Origin: an uncultured Poribacteria bacterium
Lineage (GTDB): Bacteria; Poribacteria; WGA-4E; WGA-3G
Direction of reading: 5' to 3'
DNA length: 64,000 bases
Assembly: GCA_958296135.2 (NCBI GenBank)
Contig: CATQHZ020000001.1
Coordinates: 2,496,001 to 2,560,000 of the forward strand
The number at the start of each line of letters is the position of its first letter. The stretch's first letter is position 1. Position numbers and translations under genes: made by a program. The notes under the pieces are model-generated. The model was not told the origin of the DNA. It saw only the letters and a program-made list of their open reading frames with translations, and made no database searches. Below are positions 39,368 to 50,062 of this stretch, in pieces.

Positions 39368-40665
39368 GACGAACCCTCCGATTCCAGTGTATCTAACCCC
39401 GCAATCTCCGGCGTTGAAACCTCTGGCGGTTTATTCATCACCAGCAGGCCCCCGACAACGGAGATAACGATAAACGCAGCAACCACATTGCCGATACCGA
39501 TGAGCAGCTTGTTGCCGTCCGTCGTTACCCAGAGGAACCCTGTCACGACGATGGAACTCAATGCTACCGGCAGCAGGAACTTCCAACCGAGGTTCATCAG
39601 CTGATCATAGCGGAAGCGAGGGAGTGTCCAACGCACCCAGATAAACACAAACAAAAAAATGGCTGTCTTCGCGAAGAAAATGCCGAAAGAGATGAGCCCG
39701 CTGAGGATGGGGCCTCCGACATTCTCCAATCCGAAGAAGTGCCAGCCGCCCAAGAAGAGCGTTACTGTCACGGCGGAACCGACAATCATGTTCATGTATT
39801 CCGCCATAAAAAACATCGCGAACTTCATGCTACTGTATTCGGTATGGTAACCGGCGACGAGTTCCTGCTCCGCCTCGGCAAGATCGAACGGCAAGCGGTT
39901 CGTCTCCGCGAACATCGCTGTCGTAAACGCCAGAAACGCAGGGAAGTGGATGAGGAAGTTCCAATTCCAGAGGTTTTTCCCTTGTGACTTCGCGATTTCT
40001 CGGAGACTCAACGCCGAGCCCCCCTGCTCCACGACAGTCAGCATCAGCACGCCGATGATTGCCAAGCCGAGCGTCAGCTCGTAACTAATCATCTGCGCCG
40101 ACGAACGCAATCCGCCTAACAGCGAGTATTTGTTGTTCGATGCCCACGCGCCGAGCACAACACCGTAGACTCCGAGGGACGTGATTGCCAAGATATACAA
40201 GATGCCGATATTGATGTCCGCAATCTGGAGCGGTATCGTATGTCCAGCAATTTCGATTGAACCGCCGAACGGCACGACGGCAATCGTTAGCATCGCCGGG
40301 ATGAGGAGCATCGCCGGGGCAAGCACGTAAAGCGGCTTATCGACGTGATTTGGAATCAGGTCCTCCTTCAAAAGGAACTTGATGCCATCAGCGATAGGCT
40401 GAAGCAGGCCTTGGAATCCGACGCGGTTGGGGCCGAGCCGGTCTTGCATCCAGCCGCTGATACGGCGTTCTGCCCAAATCATCGCCATCACCCCGATAAG
40501 CAGCAGATGCGCGATGATGAGAATTTTGACGATGGAACTCAAAAGTAACACGTTAAGTGGTAAACCCATTCTTCTGTATGGCCCTAACGGGTTCGATAAG
40601 GCCCCTTCGGCAAAGAACATTGTCTTGCCAGATCCGCTTGCGACGTTATCGCAAGCTGCCATCAT
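39364..40665 (-). CDS. nuoH: NADH-quinone oxidoreductase subunit H
   Basis: ERR...QDRLGPNRVG, AQMISYE, ETNRLPFDLAEAEQELVAGYHTEYS, PRFRYDQ. Confidence 0.96.
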   Translation of the reverse strand: MMAACDNVASGSGKTMFFAEGALSNPLGPYRRMGLPLNVLLLSSIVKILIIAHLLLIGVMAMIWAERRISGWMQDRLGPNRVGFQGLLQPIADGIKFLLKEDLIPNHVDKPLYVLAPAMLLIPAMLTIAVVPFGGSIEIAGHTIPLQIADINIGILYILAITSLGVYGVVLGAWASNNKYSLLGGLRSSAQMISYELTLGLAIIGVLMLTVVEQGGSALSLREIAKSQGKNLWNWNFLIHFPAFLAFTTAMFAETNRLPFDLAEAEQELVAGYHTEYSSMKFAMFFMAEYMNMIVGSAVTVTLFLGGWHFFGLENVGGPILSGLISFGIFFAKTAIFLFVFIWVRWTLPRFRYDQLMNLGWKFLLPVALSSIVVTGFLWVTTDGNKLLIGIGNVVAAFIVISVVGGLLVMNKPPEVSTPEIAGLDTLESEGSS

Positions 40666-40667
40666 TA

Positions 40668-42314
40668 CTACTCAGCCAACTTCACGCCGCTATCGCCAAT
40701 GTTCTGGTGCGTCGCTTCCGCGTAGCCCGACACATTCTCCGAAATAGCAAGGGAGATCTCGCCCGCGAAATGATAGTTCATCTCGCCGCCGAGCTGCCTC
40801 GCGAGTTGCTGAATAATTTCCCAGTCAATACGCGCTTCACCCGGTGCATCCACCGTCTTGCGGATACGCTGCACCCAGCCTTTGGAATTGGTAAAGGTGC
40901 CGTCTTTTTCCGCGAACGTCGTCCCCGGCAACACCACATCTGCAAGCGCGGTTACCTCGGAAGGCAGAACGTCTTGGACGATGAGGAAGTCCACACTCTC
41001 CAGCACTGCCTTCTCTTCTGCTTCAAGCGAACGTTCCGGCGCACCACTGACGAGGTAAACAATGTCCGCCTCGGAGACTTTTTTCCAGAGTGCCTCGCCT
41101 TCCAAAACCGGGGTCCCGTTACTCAGCATTTTACGCGCCCCTGCGGTGTTCGGATTTTTGTCCGCCTCAATGGTAAACTGCGGGAAGGTGTGCTCCTCGC
41201 CCGGCAGGGCACCGAAGAGACCGAGGTGTTCTGTCTTCAACACCTCATGCGCGAATTGCTGCAAAACGTAGTTATCCTCATTCGTGCCTTGCGCCGAACC
41301 GATGACAACCACTTTCTCTGCATCCGCCTCAGACAACTTCTCCGTAATCTGCGTCAGTGCATCAGCCCAGTGCGTCGGTTGAAATTCGCCATCAACTCGC
41401 TTCATCGGCAATTGAAGCCGGTCATCGCTGTTGACGTAGCCGTATCCGAGCCGCCCATCGTCGCACATCCAGTGTTGGTTAATCTCCTCGTGGAATCGGG
41501 GTTTGAGCCGGTAAACGCCATCCTCCTTATATTCCACCGTGATATTGCAACCGACACTGCATCCCGCACAGACGCTCTTCTCCTGTTTCATGAACCAGGG
41601 ACGCGATTTGAAGAGGAAATCCTTGCTGATCAGCGCGCCGACAGGACAAATGTCCACCACATTGCCGGCGAGTTTGTTATCCAGCAGTTGTAACGGCATG
41701 CCATCGTGCGAGCGGGGAATGTCAATCTCGTCGTGAGAACCGCGGTGTATTAAACCGAGCTCATTGCTTCCCGATACCTCTTGACAGAACCGGATGCAGC
41801 GCGTGCAGACAATACACCGCGTCGAATAGAGCAGCACATCGGGCCCGAGGTCTTTCTTAGGCGGGACGTTCTTCACCTCTAAATACCGGCTCTTGTCATG
41901 TCCATGCCGATAGGTGAAATCTTGCAAGTCACATTCGCCTGCCTGATCGCACACCGGACAATCCAGCGGGTGATGGACGAGCAAGAATTCCAAAATATCC
42001 TCCCGTGCCTTCTTGACACGCGGGCTATCGGTATAGACGATAAAATCGTATTTGCCGTCCAGTTTTCTATTCGGCGGGGCGGTTCGGAGCACCGTCGTGC
42101 ATCCGGTCGCGAGCTGCCGGTCTGGCACAATTGCCCCCGCGGGTGGGAAGAAAACGTGAGGTTCAACGAGGCACATCCTGCAATTCGCCGGACGGCTCAG
42201 CCCGGGGTGATAGCAGTAGTGCGGCACCTCAATGCCGTGCAGCCGTGCGGCTTCTACGACGTTCGTTCCGTCTTCCACCTCCACCTCGAGGTCATTCAGT
42301 TTAATAAAGGCCAT
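40668..42314 (-). CDS. nuoG: NADH-quinone oxidoreductase subunit G (short form)
   Basis: YCYH..CRMC, HPLDCPVCDQAGECDLQ, CIVCTRC, CPVGAL, CAGCSVGC. Confidence 0.92.
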   Translation of the reverse strand: MAFIKLNDLEVEVEDGTNVVEAARLHGIEVPHYCYHPGLSRPANCRMCLVEPHVFFPPAGAIVPDRQLATGCTTVLRTAPPNRKLDGKYDFIVYTDSPRVKKAREDILEFLLVHHPLDCPVCDQAGECDLQDFTYRHGHDKSRYLEVKNVPPKKDLGPDVLLYSTRCIVCTRCIRFCQEVSGSNELGLIHRGSHDEIDIPRSHDGMPLQLLDNKLAGNVVDICPVGALISKDFLFKSRPWFMKQEKSVCAGCSVGCNITVEYKEDGVYRLKPRFHEEINQHWMCDDGRLGYGYVNSDDRLQLPMKRVDGEFQPTHWADALTQITEKLSEADAEKVVVIGSAQGTNEDNYVLQQFAHEVLKTEHLGLFGALPGEEHTFPQFTIEADKNPNTAGARKMLSNGTPVLEGEALWKKVSEADIVYLVSGAPERSLEAEEKAVLESVDFLIVQDVLPSEVTALADVVLPGTTFAEKDGTFTNSKGWVQRIRKTVDAPGEARIDWEIIQQLARQLGGEMNYHFAGEISLAISENVSGYAEATHQNIGDSGVKLAE

Positions 42315-42450
42315 ATTTTCGTATTTCCTAGCGGGCTTTCGTCGTTCACAATGCGTTCAATAACGGTTGTTGGTGCGATAACGCCTGCCTCCGTCTACTC
42401 GTCATCCAGACGCGAGACGCATCAACGTCACCCGGTATTATAGGGCTGGG

Positions 42451-43920
42451 CTATTCGAGCTCTCTTGGAACGATGCGCTGTTGATAAGCGTAGTTCTCTT
42501 CCGGTGGCACTGTCGCCTCTTCAACCGAAAGCGTCGTCAATTTTCCCTCGCGGATAGTCGCCTCAAACTCCGGCCGGAATTTCCGCATGTAGCTGACAGC
42601 CGGCCACGAAACAGCGATGCCAAAGACGCAGATGGTATTCCACGTCATCGTATCAACATTAGCGATGTTGTTCGCGACGCTCTCCAGCAAATCCAAGTCT
42701 TCGTAGATATCCTCGGTTTCGCCGGTGTCGCCCCACCTCCCGTTTTCGGCGATGCCGAATTTGGGGCGGGTAATAGTGCTCTTCCGTCCGTTTCCATCGG
42801 CGATGCGTTGCACAATATCACGCACCCACGGCGTGCCCCAGCGGCACGGCGTGCATTGCCCACACGACTCATGCGCGTAAAACTTCATAATGTTCAGGAG
42901 ACAATCCACGATATTCCGCGTTTCGTTCATCACGATGATGCCGCCGGAACCGAGCATCGATTTGGCCAGCGTCAGCGAGGTGAAATCGAGGCGCGTGTCC
43001 AATTCATAGTGCGTCAAAATCGGCGCGGAACTGCCGCCCGGAATAACCGCTTTCACTTGTTCACCGCGCAGGCCGCCGGCAACTTCAATGAGTTCGGCGC
43101 ATGTCAATCCCAGTTCCAATTCATAGACACCCGGTTTGTTGACATCGCCGCTGATGCAGTAGAGTTTGGTTCCCGTATTCGGATCGGGTTTCGGCGGATC
43201 GAAGCGCGCATCGCCATACGTCGGCCCCATCTTCGTATACCACTCTACACCGTTACCGACGATGAAAGGGAGGTTACAGAGCGTCTCCACATTTTGCACG
43301 ACGGTGGGTTTTCGGAACACGCCTTCCACAGCCGGAAACGGCGGCTTGTTGCGCGGCTGTCCCCGTTTTCCTTCTAGTGACTCAATGAGCCCCGTCTCTT
43401 CACCACAGATGTAGGCACCTGCACCGGGGTGTGTGTAGATGTCAACGTTGAGCCCTGTGCCGCGGATGTTCTTGCCGAGGTATCCGTTGGCGTAAGCCGC
43501 TTTAATAGCGGCATCCAGCCTCTTCTTGCCGAGGGTAAACTCGCCGCGGATGTAGACATAAGTCGTCTCAATGCCCATCGCATAGCAGCAAATCAGGATG
43601 CCCTCAATGAGGAGGTGAGGATTTTTCTCCAAGACATACCGGTTGCTAAACGTCCCCGGCTCGCTTTCGTCAGCGTTGCAACAGAGATAACACGGCTTGA
43701 TATCCTTCGGGACGAAACTCCATTTCAACCCGGTGGAAAAGCCTGCACCCCCTCTGCCTTTCAACCCGGAATCCATCACCATCTTAGCGATGTCGTCCGG
43801 CTGGTAGTCCGCTACCGCCTTCTCAAAACAAGCGTAGCCGTCGTGTTGACGAAAGACATCGAAGGTGTGAATCTCCGGTACATCCAAGTGTTCATAAAGA
43901 ATGCGTTTTTCTTCAACCAT
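42451..43920 (-). CDS. nuoF: NADH-quinone oxidoreductase subunit F
   Basis: GRGGAGF, NADESEPGTF, GAGAYICGEET, ESCGQCTPCR. Confidence 0.96.
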   Translation of the reverse strand: MVEEKRILYEHLDVPEIHTFDVFRQHDGYACFEKAVADYQPDDIAKMVMDSGLKGRGGAGFSTGLKWSFVPKDIKPCYLCCNADESEPGTFSNRYVLEKNPHLLIEGILICCYAMGIETTYVYIRGEFTLGKKRLDAAIKAAYANGYLGKNIRGTGLNVDIYTHPGAGAYICGEETGLIESLEGKRGQPRNKPPFPAVEGVFRKPTVVQNVETLCNLPFIVGNGVEWYTKMGPTYGDARFDPPKPDPNTGTKLYCISGDVNKPGVYELELGLTCAELIEVAGGLRGEQVKAVIPGGSSAPILTHYELDTRLDFTSLTLAKSMLGSGGIIVMNETRNIVDCLLNIMKFYAHESCGQCTPCRWGTPWVRDIVQRIADGNGRKSTITRPKFGIAENGRWGDTGETEDIYEDLDLLESVANNIANVDTMTWNTICVFGIAVSWPAVSYMRKFRPEFEATIREGKLTTLSVEEATVPPEENYAYQQRIVPRELE

Positions 43921-43983
43921 ATTTGTTGTTCCTAGCGAGGGTCCCGCGCCCCCGTCGCACAAGTTTCCTGTCCTTCGCGAGCC

Positions 43984-44502
43984 CTACAAGTTATCCAAAA
44001 TCTCATCCACCTTCTCCGGTGTCAAGTTTTTGTATAAATCGTCGTTCACCATGATAACAGGCGCGACATCGCACGACGCGAGGCACTCCACTTTCATCAA
44101 GGTGAATTTTCCATCGGGAGTGGTGCCTTTGCCGAGGTCTGTCTCAGAAGCGACATCCGTGCCAAGCTTCGCCTTGAGATGCGCCAACACGCCTTTACAA
44201 TCGCGCAACGCACACGGCAACGTGTGGCAGACACGAATGACATACTCGCCCACCGGCTCCTCAAAGAACATCGGGTAGAACGTCACGACATCCTTCACTT
44301 TCATGAGCGGGACTTCAAGAAGTGCCGCGACGTATGTCATCACCGCGGGACTAACGTAACCCGCCTGCTTCTGCGCGAGATGGAGCGTCGGAAGCATCGC
44401 CGCTTCCTTCACCGGATAGTGCCCGATGAGCGCGTCAAATTCACGTTGGTTTTCTTCGGTAAACCGAAAAGTGTTCTGAATTTGTATGAGTTCCTCTGAC
44501 AT
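43984..44502 (-). CDS. nuoE: NADH-quinone oxidoreductase subunit E
   Basis: VVTFYPMF, VCHTLPC, ECLASC..AP. Confidence 0.95.
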   Translation of the reverse strand: MSEELIQIQNTFRFTEENQREFDALIGHYPVKEAAMLPTLHLAQKQAGYVSPAVMTYVAALLEVPLMKVKDVVTFYPMFFEEPVGEYVIRVCHTLPCALRDCKGVLAHLKAKLGTDVASETDLGKGTTPDGKFTLMKVECLASCDVAPVIMVNDDLYKNLTPEKVDEILDNL

Positions 44503-44558
44503 CTAGTTTTCCTTCGGTGTTTTTCTCGGCTTCGGGCACGCTTTGCCCGCGCGCCGCC

Positions 44559-44900
44559 CTAATAGTCTCCCCAAAACTGAATGCGGTTTTTCTCGGGGTC
44601 CGCAATATCAAAGCATGCGAGCCCATCCTCGTTTTTCAGGGGACGCAAGCGCAACCCCTTCGCCTTCAGTGCCGCATGCACCGCACTGACACTCTCAGCG
44701 TGAAAGCCAATCTTTTGTCTGCCATTGTTTGGCTTGCTCGCGCTGTGAAGGCAGAGCTTGCACTGTCCCGTATCGAAGCGGAAGAAGCGGCGCGCCGGAA
44801 ACGGCTGTTCTGCATCAGGCGTTAACCCGACGACATCCCGATAAAACGCCGTGACTCCCTTCATATCTTTCACAAAGAGGATGATGCTTCCGATTTCCAT
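44559..44900 (-). CDS. VOC (glyoxalase/bleomycin resistance) family protein
   Basis: LFVKDM....FYRDVVGL, DPEKNRIQ. Confidence 0.85.
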   Translation of the reverse strand: MEIGSIILFVKDMKGVTAFYRDVVGLTPDAEQPFPARRFFRFDTGQCKLCLHSASKPNNGRQKIGFHAESVSAVHAALKAKGLRLRPLKNEDGLACFDIADPEKNRIQFWGDY

Positions 44901-44928
44901 GATGAAAGAACCCTCCCAAGTGGCTTAA

Positions 44929-44957
44929 ATTTTACCAAAAAACCGAAAAATTGTCAA
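44929..44957 (-). promoter_or_regulatory. Internal sigma-70 promoter upstream of VOC-nuoE
   Basis: TTGACA-N17-TAAAAT. Confidence 0.7.
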
Positions 44958-45026
44958 CTTTAAAAATATTTTTTGGTAGAACCTTCTCGCTACCCCAATA
45001 TACCTACTGAATCGGAATCAGAGTCC

Positions 45027-45158
45027 CGGTAGGAGAGACATCCCGGTCTTGACTTTCCTCGGTAGGAGAGACATCCCGCGTCTCGACTCCCCCCGGTAGG
45101 AGAAACATCCCGCGTCTCAACTCCCCCCGGTAGGAGAAACATCCCGCGCCTCGACTCC
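45027..45158 (+). repeat. Tandem array of four ~33 bp GTAG-headed REP-like units
   Basis: cggtaggaga(g/a)acatccc(gc)gtct(c/t)(g/a)act x4. Confidence 0.85.
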
Positions 45159-45175
45159 CAGAGACTAATCGCGTA

Positions 45176-46321
45176 TTAGAATTTCGTCAACAAATACGCC
45201 GCATTCGTCTGCAGCAGCGTCAACGCCTCCTCAAGGAGAGGTGGTTCTGCTTGTTCTTGGATTTTGAAACCAATCTCTCGGAGTTGCAGCGTCAACGCCT
45301 CCTCAAGGAGAGGTGGTTCTGCTGGCACTTGCTGCTCACCTTCTCCCGAAGGGGAGTTGGGCTCCCCTGTCCGCTGGGGAACTGTGCCGCGCTGTTTTTC
45401 CAACACATCCAACGTGGCGACAAACGCCTGAATCTCACGCCTGGCCTCGGAAAGCTCGTGCTTCCCGAAAGCCGTAACGCTGTTCGCCAAATGCTGCCGC
45501 AGCGGCACCGCGGCATCTTCATCCAGCCATCCTAAAGTCACACTCCGAGAGATGAGCGTTTCTAACCGACGCGTGAGTTCAGACGCACTCGTTCCCACCG
45601 GAATCGCCTCAGGACCGATGACGAAACCGCGAGGGGCATACTGGTGATGATAAGGCGTGACAACCGCTTCATGCCCATCTATACTGCCACCTGATGTCCA
45701 CACTTCTGCCGTGATGATACCTGGAACACTCCGGCATTTAAATGCGAAACCGCCCTGGGATGTCCCCGGAAGAATGTAAGGTGTCCCAAATTTGCGATTC
45801 CAAGCGACATGATTGCTAGCTCCAGCGAATTCAGGAGGCTGTCCAAAATTTTTCCAGCCCGGAGGATTTGAAATATCACGAAGCCAACTCCTAGGAAGAT
45901 CTAGTGTCCGAACCCAAAGAGTATGGACCGGATGCTGACTGGTTTCCCGGCTTGTGATGCTGTAGATATAACGGTATTCGGGTAACCCAGTGTCCGGTGT
46001 CGTGCGATGCGCCGGTTCTACCCACTCAACACGGCTTGAAACAAACACATCCGCTTTCCCACCCCGCGGCCCCCAGTCAAAGGCGCGAACGCTATACGAA
46101 TCACCTCGCTCATCGCGCAGGGGGCCGCCTGAATAGTCGCGCCAATAGATGCGATAGAGGCCCGCTCCTAACGCCTCGGCATCATGGTTCCTTTCCTTCA
46201 ACCACGCTACCGTCTGCTCTTCCGGAACAGGCGGATGGAAAACCGCCCGCTTTGCAGCATCCGTTACCGACAGTAAGAGAACGGACAGCATAGCTACCGA
46301 TAAAAGAATTCGCCTTTTCAT
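45176..46321 (-). CDS. Hypothetical secreted protein
   Basis: Signal peptide MKRRILLSVAMLSVLLLSVTDA; long ORF; internal 38-bp duplication near the 3' end. Confidence 0.7.
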   Translation of the reverse strand: MKRRILLSVAMLSVLLLSVTDAAKRAVFHPPVPEEQTVAWLKERNHDAEALGAGLYRIYWRDYSGGPLRDERGDSYSVRAFDWGPRGGKADVFVSSRVEWVEPAHRTTPDTGLPEYRYIYSITSRETSQHPVHTLWVRTLDLPRSWLRDISNPPGWKNFGQPPEFAGASNHVAWNRKFGTPYILPGTSQGGFAFKCRSVPGIITAEVWTSGGSIDGHEAVVTPYHHQYAPRGFVIGPEAIPVGTSASELTRRLETLISRSVTLGWLDEDAAVPLRQHLANSVTAFGKHELSEARREIQAFVATLDVLEKQRGTVPQRTGEPNSPSGEGEQQVPAEPPLLEEALTLQLREIGFKIQEQAEPPLLEEALTLLQTNAAYLLTKF

Positions 46322-46370
46322 CAACTGCCACCTCGGGTGCCATGCCGCCCCGACGCGCCTTTACCACAGA

Positions 46371-47567
46371 CTACCGATCCAACTCCCCCGCAATCACGTT
46401 CAAACTCCCCAACACGGCGACGGTATCCGATACCATGCCCCCTTCCAGCATGTGCGGCAGTGCTTGGAAATTCAGGAAACTCGGCGGACGGATGCGGATA
46501 CGATACCCCGTGCCGCTGCCATCACTCACGATGTAGAAACCGAGCTCGCCGTTCGGCGATTCAGTCGCGCAATAGTGCTCGCCTACCGGCGGCTGCACAC
46601 CGTGCCCATCCATGATAATCTTGAAATGGTGGATAAGCCCCTCAATATGCCCATACGCATCCGACTTCTTCGGCAGCGAGATCTTGTTGTCCTCTACGTT
46701 CACCGGGCCAGCCGGCAGGTTATCCAATGCCTGCTGAACAATATGGCAACTCTGCACCATCTCCTCCATCCGCACCAGATACCTGTCGTAGGCATCGCCG
46801 TTTGAGCCGACAGGCACCTCAAACGTCATCTCATCGTAAGAGGAGTAGGGTTCCGCCTTCCGGATGTCATGCGCGATGCCGGTAGAGCGGAGGCACGGTC
46901 CTGTCAGCCCGTAATTAATCGCGTCTTCGCTTAAAATCGCACCGACTCCCTTCGTCCGGTCCATCCAGATACGATTCCGCGTGAGGAGCGTATGCGTTTC
47001 ACGCAACGCCTTCGGGAAATTCGTGATGAATTGCCGTACATCCTCATCAAACCCAGCGTAAAGGTCACGGAGCACACCGCCAACGCGCGTATAACTCGTC
47101 GTCAACCGAGCGCCAGTCGTTTTCTCGAAAATGCTATACAACTTCTCGCGCTCGCGGAAACTGTAGAGGAATACCGAAAACGCGCCCAAGTCAAGGGCCG
47201 CAGTGCCTAACCAGAGCAGATGGTCTGCCAGACGCGACAGCTCTGCCATCAAAATGCGGATGTATTGACACCGCTTCGGCACCTCAATGCCCAGCAGCTG
47301 CTCCACCGCGAGCACATACCCGAAGTTGTTGGAAAGCGGTGACAGGTAGTTCATCCGGTCGGTGACGACGATGAACTGGTTGTAATCCAAGTGTTCCCCC
47401 AGCTTCTCAAATCCGGTATGCAGGTATCCGAGGTGGGGTGTCGCTTTCAAAATCGATTCGCCATCCAGTTCTAACACGATGCGCAGTGTGCCGTGTGTCG
47501 CCGGATGCTGCGGGCCGAAATTGAGAACCATTCTCTCGCCAGTTGCCCGCTCCAGCTCAGCGTGCAT
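46371..47567 (-). CDS. nuoD: NADH-quinone oxidoreductase subunit D
   Basis: LNFGPQHPATHGTLR, GYLH.GFEK, DRMNY, ESPNGELG, GELDR. Confidence 0.97.
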   Translation of the reverse strand: MHAELERATGERMVLNFGPQHPATHGTLRIVLELDGESILKATPHLGYLHTGFEKLGEHLDYNQFIVVTDRMNYLSPLSNNFGYVLAVEQLLGIEVPKRCQYIRILMAELSRLADHLLWLGTAALDLGAFSVFLYSFREREKLYSIFEKTTGARLTTSYTRVGGVLRDLYAGFDEDVRQFITNFPKALRETHTLLTRNRIWMDRTKGVGAILSEDAINYGLTGPCLRSTGIAHDIRKAEPYSSYDEMTFEVPVGSNGDAYDRYLVRMEEMVQSCHIVQQALDNLPAGPVNVEDNKISLPKKSDAYGHIEGLIHHFKIIMDGHGVQPPVGEHYCATESPNGELGFYIVSDGSGTGYRIRIRPPSFLNFQALPHMLEGGMVSDTVAVLGSLNVIAGELDR

Positions 47568-47613
47568 GTTATCCTCCTATTGCTCAGCATCCCCAGTCTC
47601 GATGTTTCGGTGT

Positions 47614-47690
47614 GGCGGGACTAGGAGGTCCCGCCTACCAGCAGCAGAAATTCGGGACCAGGAAGTACCGCCTACCAGCAGCAGAAATGT
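47614..47690 (-). repeat. Two tandem GTAG-type REP-like units
   Basis: cgggac(t/c)aggaNgtNccgcctaccagcagcagaaat twice. Confidence 0.75.
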
Positions 47691-47692
47691 CG

Positions 47693-48253
47693 TTAGACGT
47701 TCTGCCTCTCAAAATTGAAACGCTCGCGCTCGCCGCGGCCGCGGAGCGGGTAATCCTTGCGGAGCGGATGCCCATCAAAATCGTCTGGCATCAAGAGGCG
47801 CCGCAGGTCCGGGTGCCCCTCAAAGTCAATCCCAAACATATCGTAAGTCTCGCGCTCCAGCCAATTCGCGCCCCTCCACAGACTCGTCACAGAGCGGACG
47901 CGCAAATCCCGTTCATGCACAGGCACTCTGACGCGCACCCGACAATGCCCCTGATAGGAATACAACTGGTATACCACCATGAATCGGGCATAGCCAAACT
48001 TCACCAACTCCGATTCCAGACGCGAATTGTCAACAGCTGTGACATCCACGAGGTAGGTATATCCGAGCGCCGCATCGGTTTTGAGGTATTCCAAGAGCGC
48101 GTAAGCATCATCCTTGCCGACAACGACGACGACTCCATCCCGCGCTTCCTCGTGCGCTAACAGCGCGTCCGCGTAGTTTTCCTGCAGCTTCTGAAGGACG
48201 AACGGGGATTCGGCTCCGTTATCGGGACTAGAGGTCCCGCCTTCATTATTCAT
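47693..48253 (-). CDS. nuoC: NADH-quinone oxidoreductase subunit C
   Basis: [28 protein letters not shown]...[10 protein letters not shown]. Confidence 0.96.
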   Translation of the reverse strand: MNNEGGTSSPDNGAESPFVLQKLQENYADALLAHEEARDGVVVVVGKDDAYALLEYLKTDAALGYTYLVDVTAVDNSRLESELVKFGYARFMVVYQLYSYQGHCRVRVRVPVHERDLRVRSVTSLWRGANWLERETYDMFGIDFEGHPDLRRLLMPDDFDGHPLRKDYPLRGRGERERFNFERQNV

Positions 48254-48774
48254 ACCGCCACCTCTACGCCTTTGGGTACCTCGCCGCCGGCGATTTTCTG
48301 CTGCACCTGCATCACCGCATCGATTAGGTCCTCCGGACGAGGCGGGCATCCGGGAATGTAGACATCGACCGGAATGAACTGATCTACGCCTTGAATTAGC
48401 GTATAGGTATCAAATACGCCGCCGCAGGAAGCGCACGCACCCATGGAGATAACCCACTTCGGGTCCGGCATCTGGTCATAGATGCGTTTCAGAACGGGCA
48501 TCATCTTGATTGAAATGCGTCCGGATACGATGAGCAGATCGGATTGCCGCGGGGAGAACCGGATTGCCTCCGAACCGAATCGCGAAAGGTCGAACTTGGA
48601 TGCCAAAGTCGCCATCATTTCTATCGCGCAACACGCCGTACCGAAGGGCATCGGCCACAGCGAATTCTTTCGGCCCCAGTTTACCACCTTATCGATAGTC
48701 GTCGTGATGATATTTTCGTCCACGGGCCCACCATCTGCTGACAGGCTCCGCGCACCACCAAAATCTAATCCCAT
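48250..48774 (-). CDS. nuoB: NADH-quinone oxidoreductase subunit B
   Basis: [29 protein letters not shown]. Confidence 0.97.
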   Translation of the reverse strand: MGLDFGGARSLSADGGPVDENIITTTIDKVVNWGRKNSLWPMPFGTACCAIEMMATLASKFDLSRFGSEAIRFSPRQSDLLIVSGRISIKMMPVLKRIYDQMPDPKWVISMGACASCGGVFDTYTLIQGVDQFIPVDVYIPGCPPRPEDLIDAVMQVQQKIAGGEVPKGVEVAV

Positions 48775-49133
48775 GACAAGCCCCCTTTTTTCCAAGCGTA
48801 AATATAGCCAAGCAGAAGAATACCGATAAACACCAGCATCTCCACTAAAATAAACAACCCACTTTCTGCCGAGAATTTCTTGAAGACGACGGCCCACGGG
48901 TAGAGGAAAACCACCTCAATGTCGAAGATGATAAAGAGCATCGCGATGAGGTCGAAGCGGATAGTAAACCGCTGCCTTGCATCGCCGACAGGGCGCACGC
49001 CGGACTCGTAAACCGACAATTTCGCACGTGTCGGCCGTTTCGGCCCAAGAATATGGGTCAGCGCGAGGTTGATCGCCGCAAAGAGCACCGCGAAAAGTGC
49101 TAACATCAAAATCGGAAGATAATCTATTAACAT
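48765..49133 (-). CDS. nuoA: NADH-quinone oxidoreductase subunit A
   Basis: [28 protein letters not shown]. Confidence 0.96.
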   Translation of the reverse strand: MLIDYLPILMLALFAVLFAAINLALTHILGPKRPTRAKLSVYESGVRPVGDARQRFTIRFDLIAMLFIIFDIEVVFLYPWAVVFKKFSAESGLFILVEMLVFIGILLLGYIYAWKKGGLSWD

Positions 49134-49197
49134 GGATCTCTCGCCTAATTTCTCCTAGTGAGACAGAATTGACAAGGTTTTTTATCACCTGCTTAAT

Positions 49198-49226
49198 ATT
49201 TTCACATATTTCGCAAATTATGTCAA
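49198..49226 (-). promoter_or_regulatory. Sigma-70 promoter of the nuo operon
   Basis: TTGACA-N17-GAAAAT. Confidence 0.6.
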
Positions 49227-49296
49227 GTCTTTTTCAATAAAAAACAGAAGCGGAAAACTGAATCGCTCTGGTGATAAAAAATTTCGCAAGCGCGAT

Positions 49297-49941
49297 TCAA
49301 GGTGAAAGCCGCGTCATTTTCCATGAACCATCAGACTGAAGCGTATAGCAAAGCCTATCGTGGAGACGATTCGGGCAGCCTTGCCAAAATTCAAAAAGCG
49401 TCGGCACAAGCCGATACCCACCCCAATCCGGCGGACGTGGGATGTCACCCTCGTCGGCATACATCCGTTCAGCGTGCGCGAAGCCTGCTGTCAGATGCTC
49501 TCTCCCCGCGATAACGCGGCTCTGCCGCACCGCCCAAACAGCAAGTTGACTCCCGATAGGGCGGCTAGCAAAGTAGGCATCCGACTCTTCTACCGACATT
49601 TTTTGCACGGTGCCGACGCTCCGCACCTGCCGGTCCAACTCACGCCAATAGAAGACGAGCGCGGCGTGCGGATTTCGCGCGAGCTCTCTCCCTTTTTGGC
49701 TGTCGTAATCGGTATAGAAGCAAAACCCGTTCGCATTAAAACCTCTGAGGACAACCATTCTGGCGGAGGGAATTCCATCTCGCGTTGCAGTCGCCAATGT
49801 CATCGCATCGGGCAAATCGAGTTCGGCGGCGACAGCATCGGCAAACCATTTCTCGAATTGCTCAAACGGATTCTTGGCGGCAGTTTTCTCAATGAGGCCC
49901 CCGTGGGCGGCGTATTCTCTGCGGAGTTGATGCGTATTCAT
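49297..49941 (-). CDS. pdxH: Pyridoxamine 5'-phosphate oxidase
   Basis: PSARMVVLR, SQKG, YFASRP, WGGYRL..EFWQG..NRLHDR. Confidence 0.95.
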   Translation of the reverse strand: MNTHQLRREYAAHGGLIEKTAAKNPFEQFEKWFADAVAAELDLPDAMTLATATRDGIPSARMVVLRGFNANGFCFYTDYDSQKGRELARNPHAALVFYWRELDRQVRSVGTVQKMSVEESDAYFASRPIGSQLAVWAVRQSRVIAGREHLTAGFAHAERMYADEGDIPRPPDWGGYRLVPTLFEFWQGCPNRLHDRLCYTLQSDGSWKMTRLSP

Positions 49942-50062
49942 AGTCCTAAATCTGTCCCCTTCTCCCGTAGGGCGAGGGCCCGGCGAGCGCGAATCGCCGA
50001 GGGTTTCCCTCGCTATGCAACGAGCGCAGCGGACAGCCCCCGACTGCGTCAGTCCTTTGGCA

